Notes: a model not told the origin generated them from the sequence alone. A stretch of 64,000 nt of DNA from Octopus sinensis (GCF_006345805.1 NC_043006.1:65906001-65970000); one strand, 5' to 3'; shown: positions 27,026 through 39,274, counted from the first letter of the stretch. Numbers and translations: made by a program.

Positions 27026-27286
27026 TGTAGGGACACGGTGTTTCATTATGCAAGCATAATATACTATAAAGTATATAAAAAGTTTTTATAAGTCAATACC
27101 ATGTTCTACTGTGTTAGCAGTGTTATTGTATCACTCATGAGGTATGTCATATATGGCTATTACCCATTTCTCATCTTTAATCTTATTGTTGTTTACATCA
27201 GGCATCGTAGATATGAAACGTCATAACAAAATCAGTGGTGGCTATCATTTCTATAGAAATTCTGTAGAGATAACCGTAACAAGATA

Positions 27287-27328
<42 letters not shown>

Positions 27329-27335
<7 letters not shown>

Positions 27336-27653
27336 GAAAAAAACTCCACCTTTTATCAATTCAAAACGAACAATTAAATTACACCATCTAGAGAATTACA
27401 TATAATAGAAATATTAAAATTAAAATAACAATAAAATACCAATGATTAAGTAAATTGCAAAAAAATAATAAAAATGTATAAAATTTATTTGCCAAAATAT
27501 TTTCGTTGTTTTGAGACTGCAACCTGTTCACTGACAAATTCCATGCAGCACGGAATTTTGTCAGTGAATAGGTCGCGATGTCAAAGCGCCGAAAATATTT
27601 TGACAAATTAAATTTAAATGCTGAAGTAAATCCATGCTCCAACTGTTATTTAT

Positions 27654-27703
<50 letters not shown>

Positions 27704-28014
27704 GAAAAAAACTCCACCTTTTATCAATTCAAAACGAACAATTAAATTACACCATCTAGAGAATTACATATAATAGAAATATTAAAATTAAAATAACAAT
27801 AAAATACCAATGATTAAGTAAATTGCAAAAAAATAATAAAAATGTATAAAATTTAATTTGCCAAAATATTTTCGTTGTTTTGAGACTGCAACCTGTTCAC
27901 TGACAAATTCCATGCAGCACGGAATTTTGTCAGTGAATAGGTCGCGATGTCAAAGCGCCGAAAATATTTTGACAAATTAAATTTAAATGCTGAAGTAAAT
28001 CCATGCTCCAACTG

Positions 28015-28020
<6 letters not shown>
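27329..28020. repeat. Two near-identical ~323-bp units (period 368) separated and flanked by (TA)n, each with a long hairpin
   Basis: 27329-27651 and 27697-28020 differ by about 1 nt. Hairpin ACCTGTTCACTGACAAATTCC / GGAATTTTGTCAGTGAATAGGT. Confidence 0.9.
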
Positions 28021-28055
<35 letters not shown>

Positions 28056-28057
<2 letters not shown>

Positions 28058-28456
28058 GATAAATCTCAGAGCGAGTTATAAACAGTAGCGGTAACACATC
28101 ATGATGCATATTTGCCATTTGAATATGGCTCACCCATAAGGGTGAATCATTGTTTGATTTCACTTTTTCAATATCAGTGTCAATCGACACTGGAAAAAGT
28201 ATATGTATTTGTGAAGGGATCTAACTTCTCGTCGACAACCATGATTGTCACACGCTGATGAAAGGTAAACACCTTGAAACTCGGGTACGTGTGTATCATG
28301 TGTTGAAGACGGGGAGGATGACTCCCCTTCACAAATACTGAGAGGACACAGATAGTGTGTCTATAGCCAGCTGGAGGAGATATCTTCCTGGGGCTACAAA
28401 CTACAGTAGCATCCACCCTTATGGGTGAGCTATATTCAAATGGCAAATATGCGCCA

Positions 28457-28458
<2 letters not shown>
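28056..28458 (+). mobile_element. (TA)n-flanked ~400-bp highly structured element containing a hammerhead
   Basis: Nested inverted repeats 28106-28144/28414-28452 and 28205-28218/28325-28338 enclose the HHR. (TA)n on both sides. Confidence 0.75.
28249..28293 (+). ncRNA. Type I minimal hammerhead ribozyme, canonical core
   Basis: CACACG CTGATGA AAGGT-AAAC-ACCTT GAAA CTCGGG TA CGTGTG: 6-bp stem I, 5-bp stem II, near-palindromic stem III, GUA cut after 28287. Confidence 0.88.
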
Positions 28459-28499
<41 letters not shown>

Positions 28500-31400
28500 G
28501 GCACTCTGTTGGTTATTTGGTTATGATGATGAGGGTTCCAGTTGATCCAATCAATGGAACTACCGACTTGCGAAATTTATGTATCAGTTGCTGAGCACCC
28601 CACAGACGTGTGTGTCCTTAACATAGTTTTCAGGAAGATTTAGCACAACACAGAATGTGACAAGGCTGGCCTTTTGAATTGCAGGTATTACCTCAATGTA
28701 CAAGTTGAGACAAGTGAGTGGGAGACAGAAGGATAGGGAGTGTGGGGTGAGTGGTAGAGATTGCAAGAGTGTAAGAGAGAATGAGATGGGAAATGTGTGA
28801 GGCCATGACTATAATGAAAGAAGAATGTGTTTGAGGGAAGAGCATGTGACAACTATAGAAACCGGATAAGACTAAGGGTAATCAAGGATAAAATTTTACA
28901 CGCACTGACATACCTCAAGATAGAAGCAAAGAAACCATCCCAGTTCTTTCTCACCCATACCTCAATTGCCCAACAACAACAACTGAAAATTAATATAATG
29001 AAGGTGACACAAATTATAAAGAAAGGTATGACTTACATGTGTGTACATCCTGGTTGAGCAGGTGAAATAAATTAAGACATTCATAATTAGTATGGTTAGT
29101 AAATGTATTTTGTAATAGACAATATTCTCCTTCCTTCTCTCTGTTACATACACTCACAGGTACAGACATAGGGAGAGACTACATTGTCGAAGGGGTTTTG
29201 GTGAAAAAGTAATTTACATTGGTCTAACAGTCTTACTGTCTACATGGTGCTTGGACAACCTGCTTCATGTGGGGCCACATGGTGCTTTCCTATCAGTATG
29301 TAGTTTTGGGTTTAATCCCATTAAGCAGCACCTTTGGCAAATGTCTTCTACTATAGGCCTGGGCCAACCGATGCCTTGTGAGTGAATTTGGTAGATGGAA
29401 ACTGTGTGGAAGTCTGTCGCACGCGCATGTGTGTGTGTGTGTCTTGTCCCAACCACTGATTGACAACCAGTGTTGGTTTGTTTATGTCCTTGTAACTTTG
29501 TGGTTCAGCAAAAGGGACTGAGTAAAAAGCAGACTTAAATTAAGAATTGGGGCCGATTTGTTTGACTAATATCTTTTAACCCTTCAGCATTCAGATCACT
29601 CTGTCAAATGTAATTCTTATTCATTCTCATTGTTTGGAATTAATCATGTGGAAATATTAATGATGCCATTGTCTCTTTCTACAATGACATTGTAGGGTAG
29701 GTGTGAGAGGCTGGATCTGGTTGGTTCAAATGCTAAACGGTTAAAGTGATGCTCAAGCATGGTTGTAGTCCAATGATTGAAACAAGTAAGAGGGAAAAGA
29801 TAATATTTAGGTCCAACTTTTTCAGGTCAAACCATCCAGCTTCTTTCTCCTCTGTTGTTCAGTTACATTTTCTCTCTATCCAAGTTTGGTGTAACTTGAC
29901 GAGTGTCACAATCAGGCCTGGCTATCTTGAATTACATTGCAGGCTAAGTTTTTTGAAGGCCATTTGTATACTGACAGAATTGAAAGCATTTTGCTTTCTC
30001 ATGCGATTATTACAATAATGAATGAATGATCGTTGATTCAACATAAAATATTATCGTTGCAAAAACAGTAGTATCTTTCTTTTTTATTTTTCATTACAAT
30101 CTTTAATTTTTGATAAAATTAAAAAAATATTTGTTTAAATAAACCCATTTCAAGAAAGCATCAAGCCGGCCACAAGATAAAAGTCTGCGGGCTGTAAGCC
30201 TCAGGTTGGCCAGCCCTGGTATAGATTATCAACAATGTATTACATCACGTAACCTCCACTAAAACAATGTACTTGTCAAATTATTATTTCAGTGGTGTGG
30301 TCTGATATACAAGGAACAGTTTGTCACATTTGGTTGAAGGCACATGGCTTAGTGGTTAGGCTGTTCAGTTCACAGTCATAAGGTTGTAAGTTCAATTCCA
30401 AAATGTGTCCTTGAGCAAGACACTTTATTTCACATTGCTCCTGTTCACTCAGGTTCAATAATTAAATGTACCTGTAATCCAAAGGACCAGACTCGTCACA
30501 TTCTGTGTCCCGTTGAATCTCCCTGAGAAATGCGTTAAGGGTACATGTGTCTGTGGAGTGCTCAGCCACTTGCACATTAAATTCATGAGCAGGCTGTTCT
30601 GCTGGTTGGATCAACTGGAACCATTAGAACTAATGGAGTGCCAGTTTGTGACACTACATCTACAAAAGGTTGTCCCTACTTAGTATACACTGAAGTGACA
30701 TTGGTGCTACAGCTACGATCATGCTTATGTCATAACCGGACATGTCACAGTCAGATCTATGTTACGCACATACTTTGTCAAACATACTTCTGTCAGAGGC
30801 AGACAAACAGACATATGTCATAAATAGATATATCATAAGCCTACCTGTGTCATAGGTAGATACATATCATAAGTAAACTTTTACCACAAGCAGCTGCATG
30901 TTACAGGCAGGCCGATGTTAATGATAAACTTATGACATTAGCAGACATTTGTTAAACAATATAAGACACAGCATGACAGACTCTGTTAAGAATGTGTTAA
31001 CATGTATGCACGGTAATGGATGAAGGGTAGCACTTTGGAGAAGTGTGTGTATGTGTGTGTATTCTAAGGCCACAGTGTGGAGAAGTGGGATGAAACTGTT
31101 TTCTTGAGAGAGGAAATATTGTATTGTGCAATCTCAAGAGTACAGCAAGGATAAATGGGAGTGTCAGTGGTTCCCAAATCATTCACTGTTGCAAACTTGT
31201 GTACTGCAAGATATGGCTAAGTGAGAGGTAAAAGTAATAAATTTATGCTTAAAAACAAAAAGCAAATTTCAAAAGTCTTAATGAATGTTTTAATTATTAA
31301 AAACAATGTAAGGTACAAAATAATAATTTGTAAACGAAAATTATTTATAATTGCAGGTAAAATACATTTAAAAATAAATTTTTTTAATGTTTTTTCAACT

Positions 31401-31949
31401 TCGTGTATAAAGATCACCAAAATAGATAAATTTATTTTCAAGTATGCTGTGAGTAGAACAAATTTAGGAACCACTGTGGTGCAGGGCTTTGAACATGAGG
31501 TGTAGACTGCAATACAATCTGGTTTTTGTGATGTGTGTGTATTCCTCCCTGGATGGGATGACAGTCCATCATAGGATTACCTACCTTTGCGAGTAGAGTG
31601 GACAGGAGCAATATGAAAATGACCACACAATGGACATACAACATTGAAGGTGCAATGAAATACTGTGTAATACAGTATGGTAGATCAGAGCTGCAGTATG
31701 ATATAAGACGAGGTGTGGAGTGTGGGGGATTGTTCTGAAGGTGCTGCATGGTGGAATGTGCTGGGGTGAACAAGTTCCTGTAATGAAGTGCACTATAACA
31801 CCCTGTGGTAAAGCGTTAAACAATGATGTGTAACACAGCGAAAAGTGCAAGGGATCGGTTTAATGGAATGTTAGAGAATGAGCACCCCTACCCCCATTCC
31901 TAAGTAGTTTGTTGGAGTTGGTGAATGAAGACCACAACGAGACACTTAC

Positions 31950-32068
31950 CGATTGGCCATGATAGGCTACTTTTACCACCGGGGGCAAACTGACTGAGAT
32001 AAAGTATCTCCTCTTTTGTTTGTTCGATCTCTTGCAGAGTTGTATTTAAGTCCATTTGGCAGAAGTAC
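31950..32068 (-). CDS. CHPF: CHPF exon (YFCQMDLNTTLQEIEQTKEEILYLSQFAPGGKSSLSWPIG)
   Basis: TGCTGTCAG| acceptor, G|GTAAGT donor, 119 nt, phase 2/1. Matches the CHPF L..T.QEI...EI....WP.G segment. Confidence 0.93.
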
Positions 32069-32144
32069 CTGACAGCAATGACAAAAACAAGTAGTTTGGG
32101 ATTAACAACAACAACAACAAAGAAGAAAGAGAAACAAAGCTTAT

Positions 32145-32410
32145 GGGCATATGGCATAATGGTTAAGAGCATGGGCTACTAACCCTAAGATTCCAAGCAG
32201 TGAGCTGAATAATAATAATAATAACAACAACAACAACAACATCGAAAAATACCTTAGGAATGAGAACCAGGTTTGAAATTTCCCCAAGAAACCTGATGAA
32301 GGCTGAAGGGTATATCAGCTGAAACATTGTTAACAACAAACAAAATGAGGACAAATATCTGTCAAATGTAAATAACGTACATAATTCCTCATCTCTTAAA
32401 TATAGAACTG
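32145..32410 (+). mobile_element. tRNA-headed SINE-like element whose tail holds a hammerhead-like motif (about 32290-32333)
   Basis: Head GGCATATGGCATAATGGTTAAGAGC...CTAACCCTAAGATTCC, (AAT)n/(AAC)n spacer, then AAC CTGATGA A GGCTGA-AGGGTATA-TCAGCT GAAA CATT GTT. Confidence 0.6.
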
Positions 32411-33079
32411 AACAACAACAATTGTAGTTTACAGTGCTAGAAATCACAACAAAAATTATAGATACCAGTCTGCCAAAGCAAGAGAGAGAGTATTCAAGCC
32501 AAACGTAAGCAGACCCAGGATGACAGAGCGAAATGGTGAGAAAAAAACCTTTGGACACTGGGGCCCACAGAAGAAACGGCAAAGGACCAAGAGATGTGGC
32601 AATTTGCTGTACTTGGTAAGACACAACAACCTAAGTAAAATTGTTGTCTTCCACACATACAGGATTGTCCTTTCAGGTGCTGGTGTCACTTAAAAAGCAT
32701 CTGTGCTGGTGCTTCATAAGCACACCCGGTACACTCTGTAAAGTGGTAGGCATTAGGGAAAGGCATCCAGCCATAGAAACCATGCCACAACAGACGGTTG
32801 GCGACTAGACAGTTCACCGCTCACTAGCTCCATGTCAAACCATCCAACCCATGCCAGCATGGAGAGTGGACGTTAAATGATGATGATGTAAATGATACTG
32901 CAAGCTTGCCACAGCCAGCCTGACTTGTCCCAGTGTGACACAGCCAGCCTGGCTTGTCCCTACAGACGTGCCCATCCTTGAACAGGTTTCCTTTACACAC
33001 CTGTCTAGACATTATTATTATTCAGGTCACTGGCAGTGATGTGAATAATAACAGTAATAATAATAATAATAATAATATA

Positions 33080-35410
33080 TTTTAAAACAGGATTGCCGTA
33101 ACTCTTCACAAAGGTAAAGTCAAGATGAAGAGTGGAATTCGATTGTAAGATATTTTATTGAACAATATTTCAACAGTATGTCTGTCTTTGTCAAGTTCAA
33201 AATAAGAAGTGATAAAAGTTCAGAAATTTAAACGTAAAGTATGAACGAGAGCAAGTAGCGTCCACACATTGATGGAATGACATCATCAGTTTTTAAGTCT
33301 TTACCAGGCGAAACGAAAGAAAAAAGCAAAAAAAAGATGACAGAAAAAAGGAAAGAAAAAGAGAGAAAGAAGAATATTTGATCAAACAGTTTTGTTTCAA
33401 TTTGATGATATTCTCCTGTCATCTTATTCATTCCTCCAGGGCATGATGTTAATAACCTGCAAACATATTTCTCCTCATACATTCTGAGAAGTGAAAGCAA
33501 AGTAGATTCAGAATTTTTACTGAGAATATGCACTTTCAAGTCTTCTTCAAAATTGCAGCAGTTTGAAACGATATGTTCAGCAAGTTCTGTCGAACTACTG
33601 TTATTGTGCCTAATGTCGAATCTGTGCCCATTAAACCTTTTGTTTAATTGTTCCATTGTGCAACCAACATAAATCAAGTTGTGTTTTGTGCATTCTGCAG
33701 CGTACACCAAATGGGAATCTTTACATGTTCCACATTCTGTATAAATCATAACATCTCTATGATTTCTGTATAAATCATAATATCTCTGTTATGATTTCTG
33801 ATGGAATTCACTTCACTCATGTTGTTGCACAATGAACAGGGCTTACCTCTCTTGCGGCTGTTCTTTAAGGTACAGCATGTAGATACTCCAATGTTTGTTT
33901 TCTTGGAGTCAGATAAAGAGGTCAATAATTCTCTTATATTCTTATTCCGTCTAAAGGCTACAATAGGCGGCTGAGGAAATATCTGTTTGAAGCAAGGATA
34001 TTTTTTCGCCACATGCTGGTAACTTTCATGCAAAACTTTTGAAATGCGAGCGAAATGTCGGTGCCAGTTAATCACTAAAGAAATTCTGTCATCTATTGTA
34101 TTGTGTTTGCTAAAATTATGCATATAGGTTTGACCATCTTTGCCAATCTTAGCTATTTCATTTGCTATTTCCTTTAATCGTGATTCACTGTAACCGCGTT
34201 TGACATAATGACATACAAAAGCATTTGCATGTTTCCAGTAATCCCCTATGTCAGTACAAATGCGTTTTATCCTAAAAAATTGGGATTTCGGATTTGACCA
34301 AATAAGATGATGTGGATGATCGGAGCAGTGGTGGGGATAAATGTGGGATGACATGGGCTTACAAAATAATTCTGTTGTTATTCTGCCTCCAGAAAACTTG
34401 ACTTTTGTGTCCAAAAATTCAACGCTAGTTTTTGAAAAACTAGACGTAAATTTTATGTTGGATTTAAAGCCATAGTTTCTAGCATAACAGTCACAGAAAT
34501 GCAAGAAGTCCATTACAGACAAAAAATACATCGTCAATGAACTGTAACCAGAGTATTGGTTCATGACCATGAAGGGATTTGAATGTCTTCAGTAACTGTG
34601 TCTCGAATTTTGTCATGAAGACATTAGCAAAATAACTGCCATGGGGTTACCCATGGCGCAACCCTTGGTCTGGTTGTAAAATCTTTGTCTAAACTTTATT
34701 GTGTTACTTTCTAACACAAACCTCAATAATCTACAGAAAAAAATTTGATGGAACACTTTTGTTTGACTGCTTTTCGAAGGCATCCATGCATGCTTCTACC
34801 CCTTCATTGTGGTCAATATTGGGATATAAGGAAGAAACATCCATGGTTACCAGTTTTCAATATGGCCTCGGTGCTTGAAAAAGTAGTTGATTTTAGATAC
34901 AAAATCAAAAGTATCCCGAATATAGGAACTTGATTGTTTTGCAGCAGGGAGTAGAAAGCTATCCAGCCATTCCGAAATTTTGGCCGTGCAACATTCATAT
35001 CTGCTGCAAATTGAGCGCATTGGAGGAAATCTTTCGAACTTTTTGTGTATTTTAGGGAGACCATAAAATACAGGTGTTCTTCTTTTTGACCTTAAAATCT
35101 TAGATTCAGCCTTATTAACGAAATTGTTTTCCACCATTTCCAGAATTATTTTGTCAAGCTCCTCTCTGTAATTGGGGTTTGGATCGACAGGTAATTCTTC
35201 ATTTGAAGTTTTGTCAAGTAAAACTTCTTCACAAGCCGAAATATACTCACTTTTGTCCATAATTACGATAGCGCCTCTCTTATCCGCCATCTTAATAACA
35301 ATAGAATTGTTATTAGCTAGACGTTGGGAATTTGTGAGGTTGTTCCAGGATTTCTTTCCACTTGTTTTAAGGCTCTCTCTAATGCCTGCTTGACAAGATT
35401 CAAGAAATTC
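33080..35410 (-). mobile_element. Penelope-like retroelement, 5'-truncated and decayed (RT + C-terminal GIY-YIG)
   Basis: ADKRGAIVIMDK, FYGLPKIHK, GCAMGNPMA, LQFIDD (34530-34541), FLDTKV...HPHH...RIKRIC, and LVYAAEC...YVGCT...RFNGHR GIY-YIG domain. Frameshifts, an internal deletion and (TAA)n on both flanks. Confidence 0.92.
33158..33200 (-). ncRNA. Variant minimal hammerhead at the Penelope 3' end (U3:A8 core)
   Basis: Minus strand: TTGAAC TTGACAA A GACAG-ACATA-CTGTT GAAA TA TT GTTCAA. 6-bp stem I, 5-bp stem II, palindrome AATATT in place of stem III. Confidence 0.6.
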
Positions 35411-35439
35411 CAGTATAATAATAATAATAATAACAATAA

Positions 35440-37611
35440 TTATAAAAAAAATAGTTGTTCTAGCCTAATTTTGGGTGCTGGTTTCATATACAAAACCAAT
35501 TTTCACTCATCACCTCTAGTTTTTGAGATATACATTATTATGATTTTGTGACCATTCACGTAACCATATACATGATCAATCTTTATTTTGTTTTCCAGAT
35601 TTTTGTGATACATATAATACATATCTCTACAATGGCTTCAAGCACTTCAAAACACCGAGGATGCATCAACAAGGCAAATTCATTCTGCTGTGTGGGTGGG
35701 AATTTCACAACAGTTGCACAGCACAGAACAATTACTTCCCTCTTGAGAAACGCTTTCTTTCATTATTTTGACTGTAAAATTGGAGATCAGAACAAGTCCT
35801 GGGCTCCACACATCTGTTGTAAACCCTGCTACAACGGACTATCTGCATGGTTTAACGACAAGAAAGCAGCTTTCAACTTTGCTGTCCCGATAGTCTGGAG
35901 AGAGCCATGAAGCCATGAGGATGATTGTTATTTTTGCCTCACAAATATAACAGGTTTCAATGCTTCATCTAGAAAAAGATCAAATATCCTAACCTTCCCT
36001 CAGCTATAAGACCTGCTCCCCACTCAGATGATCTCCCTGTCCCTACACCCCCAGAAAATAAGGATCTTCTTCCTTCATCAAATAAAGAAATGCCTTCAGC
36101 AGAAGATTCTGCCAAGCAGATCTCTTCTAAAGACAATGTCTCTGTTTATTTAGAAGCAAGTGGCAATGAGCCCCACTGGATCACGCAGGAAAACCTGAAT
36201 GACCATGCCCGTGATTTGTATCTATCTAAGCAGTAGTCAGAGCTCCTGGCATCCCGGCTTAAGTAGAGGAACCTAGTCAAGGCAGATGTGAGGATCACCA
36301 GTTTCAGGTGATATTTATATGTATCACCTGTAACCAGGACTTTGCTTCATTCTTTGACATGGAAAACAGGTTGTGCTACTGCACAAAAGTCTCTGGCTAG
36401 TTCACATTCCTTGGTTTCCCACACAATTCCTCAGACTGGCTTCTTTTCATAGTCTCTTCCAAGTGAAGTCTGAAGGCTGTGCTTTTGCACAATGGACATA
36501 AATACCCCAGCATTCCCATTGTCTACTCAGTCCATCTAAAGGAATCGTATGACAATATTGAGCTCCTCTTGGAAACTGTTAAATACAACCAGCACCAGTG
36601 GAGTTTGTGGGGACTTGAGGTCATTGGGCTCCTTATGGGTATGCAAGCTCTGAGACAGTTGGGCTGTGTCCAAGCACTACAAGCAGAAGCACAGGGAATC
36701 TAGGAGCACTTTCATGTCTAGTAAACACAGTGTCCATGAAAATCCACTGGTGGACATGAATAAAGTGCTTCTTCCTCCTCTTCATATCAAGATTGGTTTA
36801 ATGAAGAATTTCGAGAAAGCCATGGATGAAAATGGCATTGCCTTCCAACACTTGTGCACTCTGTTCCAAGCTTTGAGTTCTGCTAAGCTCAAGGAGAGCA
36901 TCCTTGTTGGACCTCAGATCTGAGAAGTGCTGAAGGATAAGAACTTTGAGGAGGTTCTTACCTTTAAGAGACTGAGAGCATGGGAAGCATTTAAGTCAGT
37001 CTGCCATGGTTTCTTGGTAACAAACGGGTACTAGATTTCTAAGAGTATATCAAGAAATTGTTACAGTCTTATGCGGATATCAGAAGCTGAATGTCACTCA
37101 AAATTCACTTTCTCCACTCCCACCTTAACTTCTTCCTTCCAAAGCTAGGAGCAGTGAGGGATGAGCATGGAGAAAGGTTTCACCAAGATATCACTAAAAT
37201 GGAGAGCAACTACCGAGGCAAGTGGAACCCCAGCATGATGGGGGACTCTTGCAGGATGCTCTTGCGTGACATCACAGAGGCAAAGTACACAAGACCATCC
37301 CCCCACCCCAAACACTTCGAACTGTCTGCTGTACTATGATTTGTGTGTCTTGTATTATCCAATTTACTTCTATCAATGTTCTGTATCTATGTTGTTATTT
37401 TTTCTGCAATATGCCTTTGTAACAGATGAAATAAACATATTTTGAATTTATATGCAAATTTATAATTAAAATGAGATATGTGAAAGCAAAAAAAATCTAG
37501 AGGTGATAGAGCAAAACTGTTCAGAAAATTGAACTCACCACATCAAGATTAGTAAAAAACACCTATTCACATCTTTATTTCAGAGCAAAAACAAATTTTT
37601 GTAAACCAGTG
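35440..37611 (+). mobile_element. Decayed Chapaev3-like DNA transposon
   Basis: Transposase relics CINKANSFCC..GDQNKSWAPHICCKPC, LLHNGHKYPSIP, LPPLHIKIGLMKNF and MSLKIHFLHSHL...EHGERFHQDI. Right end CCAGTG followed by TAA. The left end is eroded. The family assignment is from motif recall. Confidence 0.75.
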
Positions 37612-37900
37612 TAATCAAATAAGCAGAAAAGCACCAAGTTGTGAAATTCTTTCAAGTCTATTTAATTCTGAGACATAGTCAACTTGGTGCCATGACAAAA
37701 TGAACCATGTTTACTCTGGAAACTGTTTGATGACAGGGAATGTATCCAGCTATGGAAACTAAGCCAAATGACACACATAAACCGATAAGAAATGACCAAC
37801 CATGAGATGACCAGTCCAACCCATGCCAGCATGGAAAACAGATGTAAAATGAAACTGATAATGATGATGATGACAGTAAAGTGAAAAAGAAGGGACTTAC

Positions 37901-38034
37901 TTATGCAGCTTGTATGCAGATATGTCATCAGGCATTGGTGCAAAAGCTATGGATGGCTTCAGTCTGGCATTGTGTAGGATCTGCATGTTGTCATAGTCAA
38001 GCTCAGCAACTTGCAAGTAGCTGTATGTCTGGTC
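37901..38034 (-). CDS. CHPF: CHPF exon (DQTYSYLQVAELDYDNMQILHNARLKPSIAFAPMPDDISAYKLHK)
   Basis: CCTTACAG| acceptor, AA|GTAAGT donor, 134 nt, phase 0/2, fitting both neighbours. Ends Y.LH(K) as in CHPF. Confidence 0.9.
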
Positions 38035-38274
38035 CTGTAAGGTGCAACAGAGACAAAGTGAGAAGAGAGATAAGCACTTGTAGTCCAACATATTTACACA
38101 ACTCATTTAAACCAGCCATATCTGGCCCAAATATTCTACCTGTTTATGTTCAAACTTGCCAGGTCCAACCTTTTATACCTACCCTACAATGCCATTCTAA
38201 AAATAAACAATCACATCATTCAAATCTCAAAGCCACAAGATAATGCTTGATGAATTCAAAACAATGTAAATATT

Positions 38275-38447
38275 GGTGCAGGAGTGGCTGTGTGGTAAGT
38301 AGCTTGCTTACCAACCACATGGTTATGGGTTCAGTCCCACTGTGTGACACCTTGGACAAGTGTCTTCTATTATAGCCTTGGGATGACCAAAGCCTTGTGA
38401 GTGGGTTTGGTAGACGGAAACTGAAAGAAGCCCATCGTATATATGTA

Positions 38448-38490
<43 letters not shown>

Positions 38491-38739
38491 AAATGAAGAA
38501 AATGCTGACAAATAATTGAAGTAATTTAAGTAATTTAATTAGGTGAAAGTTCTTTTTACCGGTTGCGCATTTGTTATGCTATCAAAATTATCATATTTTG
38601 ATAAGCATAACAAATGCGCAACCGGTAAAAAGAACTTTCACCTAATTAAATTACTTAAATTACTTCAATTATTTGTCAGCATTTTCTTCATTTCCTTTTT
38701 TATATATCACCACTCGTGTTCGACATCTCCTTTTTTTAA

Positions 38740-38770
<31 letters not shown>

Positions 38771-38975
38771 TTTGTATGTCTGTGTTTGTCCCCCAACATC
38801 GCTTGACAACTGATGCTGGTGTGTTTACGTCCCCCGCAACTTAAAGTTTCGGCAAAAGAGACCGATAGAATAAGTACTAGGCTTACAAAGAATAAGTCCT
38901 GGGGTCGATTTGCTCAACTAAAGGCAGTGCTCCAGCATGGCCACAGTCAAATGACTGAAACAAATAAAAGTAAAA
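38275..38975 (+). mobile_element. CORE-type SINE split by a palindromic insertion in its (TA)n tract
   Basis: Head at 38275-38460 and tail at 38767-38975. Confidence 0.85.
38483..38701. repeat. Near-perfect 106/107-bp palindrome with 6-nt loop
   Basis: 38483-38588 is the reverse complement of 38595-38701 except for a 1-nt indel. Confidence 0.95.
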
Positions 38976-39167
38976 GAAATAGGCACACACATAACCATGT
39001 TTCTAAGTTTGGTCCCAAAGCATGGCCCCTTGGACAAGCATCTTCTAATGATCAATGCTTTTTGAAAGATAAATTTGGCGCGAGTGCGACGATTTGAAAA
39101 TTTTAGGTCAGATATTGCCTTGGCAGGGTCGGAAATGCCTCGTGAAAATATCTGTTCCGACTTGGCT

Positions 39168-39274
39168 ATTTCTTGCTGAAGAATCTGAGGGCCTATGGAA
39201 GATTGGCTTGATTTAATTTAATCAGGTTAGTTTACCATTAAACAGCAGACGAAACGGTGCATCGTACAAGAAAT
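39168..39274 (+). ncRNA. Type I hammerhead motif, array unit 1
   Basis: Stem I ATTTCTTG/CAAGAAAT (8 bp); CTGAAGA; A.C then TCTG/CAGA stem II with a 58-nt structured loop; GAAA; stem III CGGTGCATCG; GUA cut after 39266. Confidence 0.72.

Noticed and set aside
27195-27240. GAAACGTC motif
   Set aside because: No upstream CTGANGA core or stem II.
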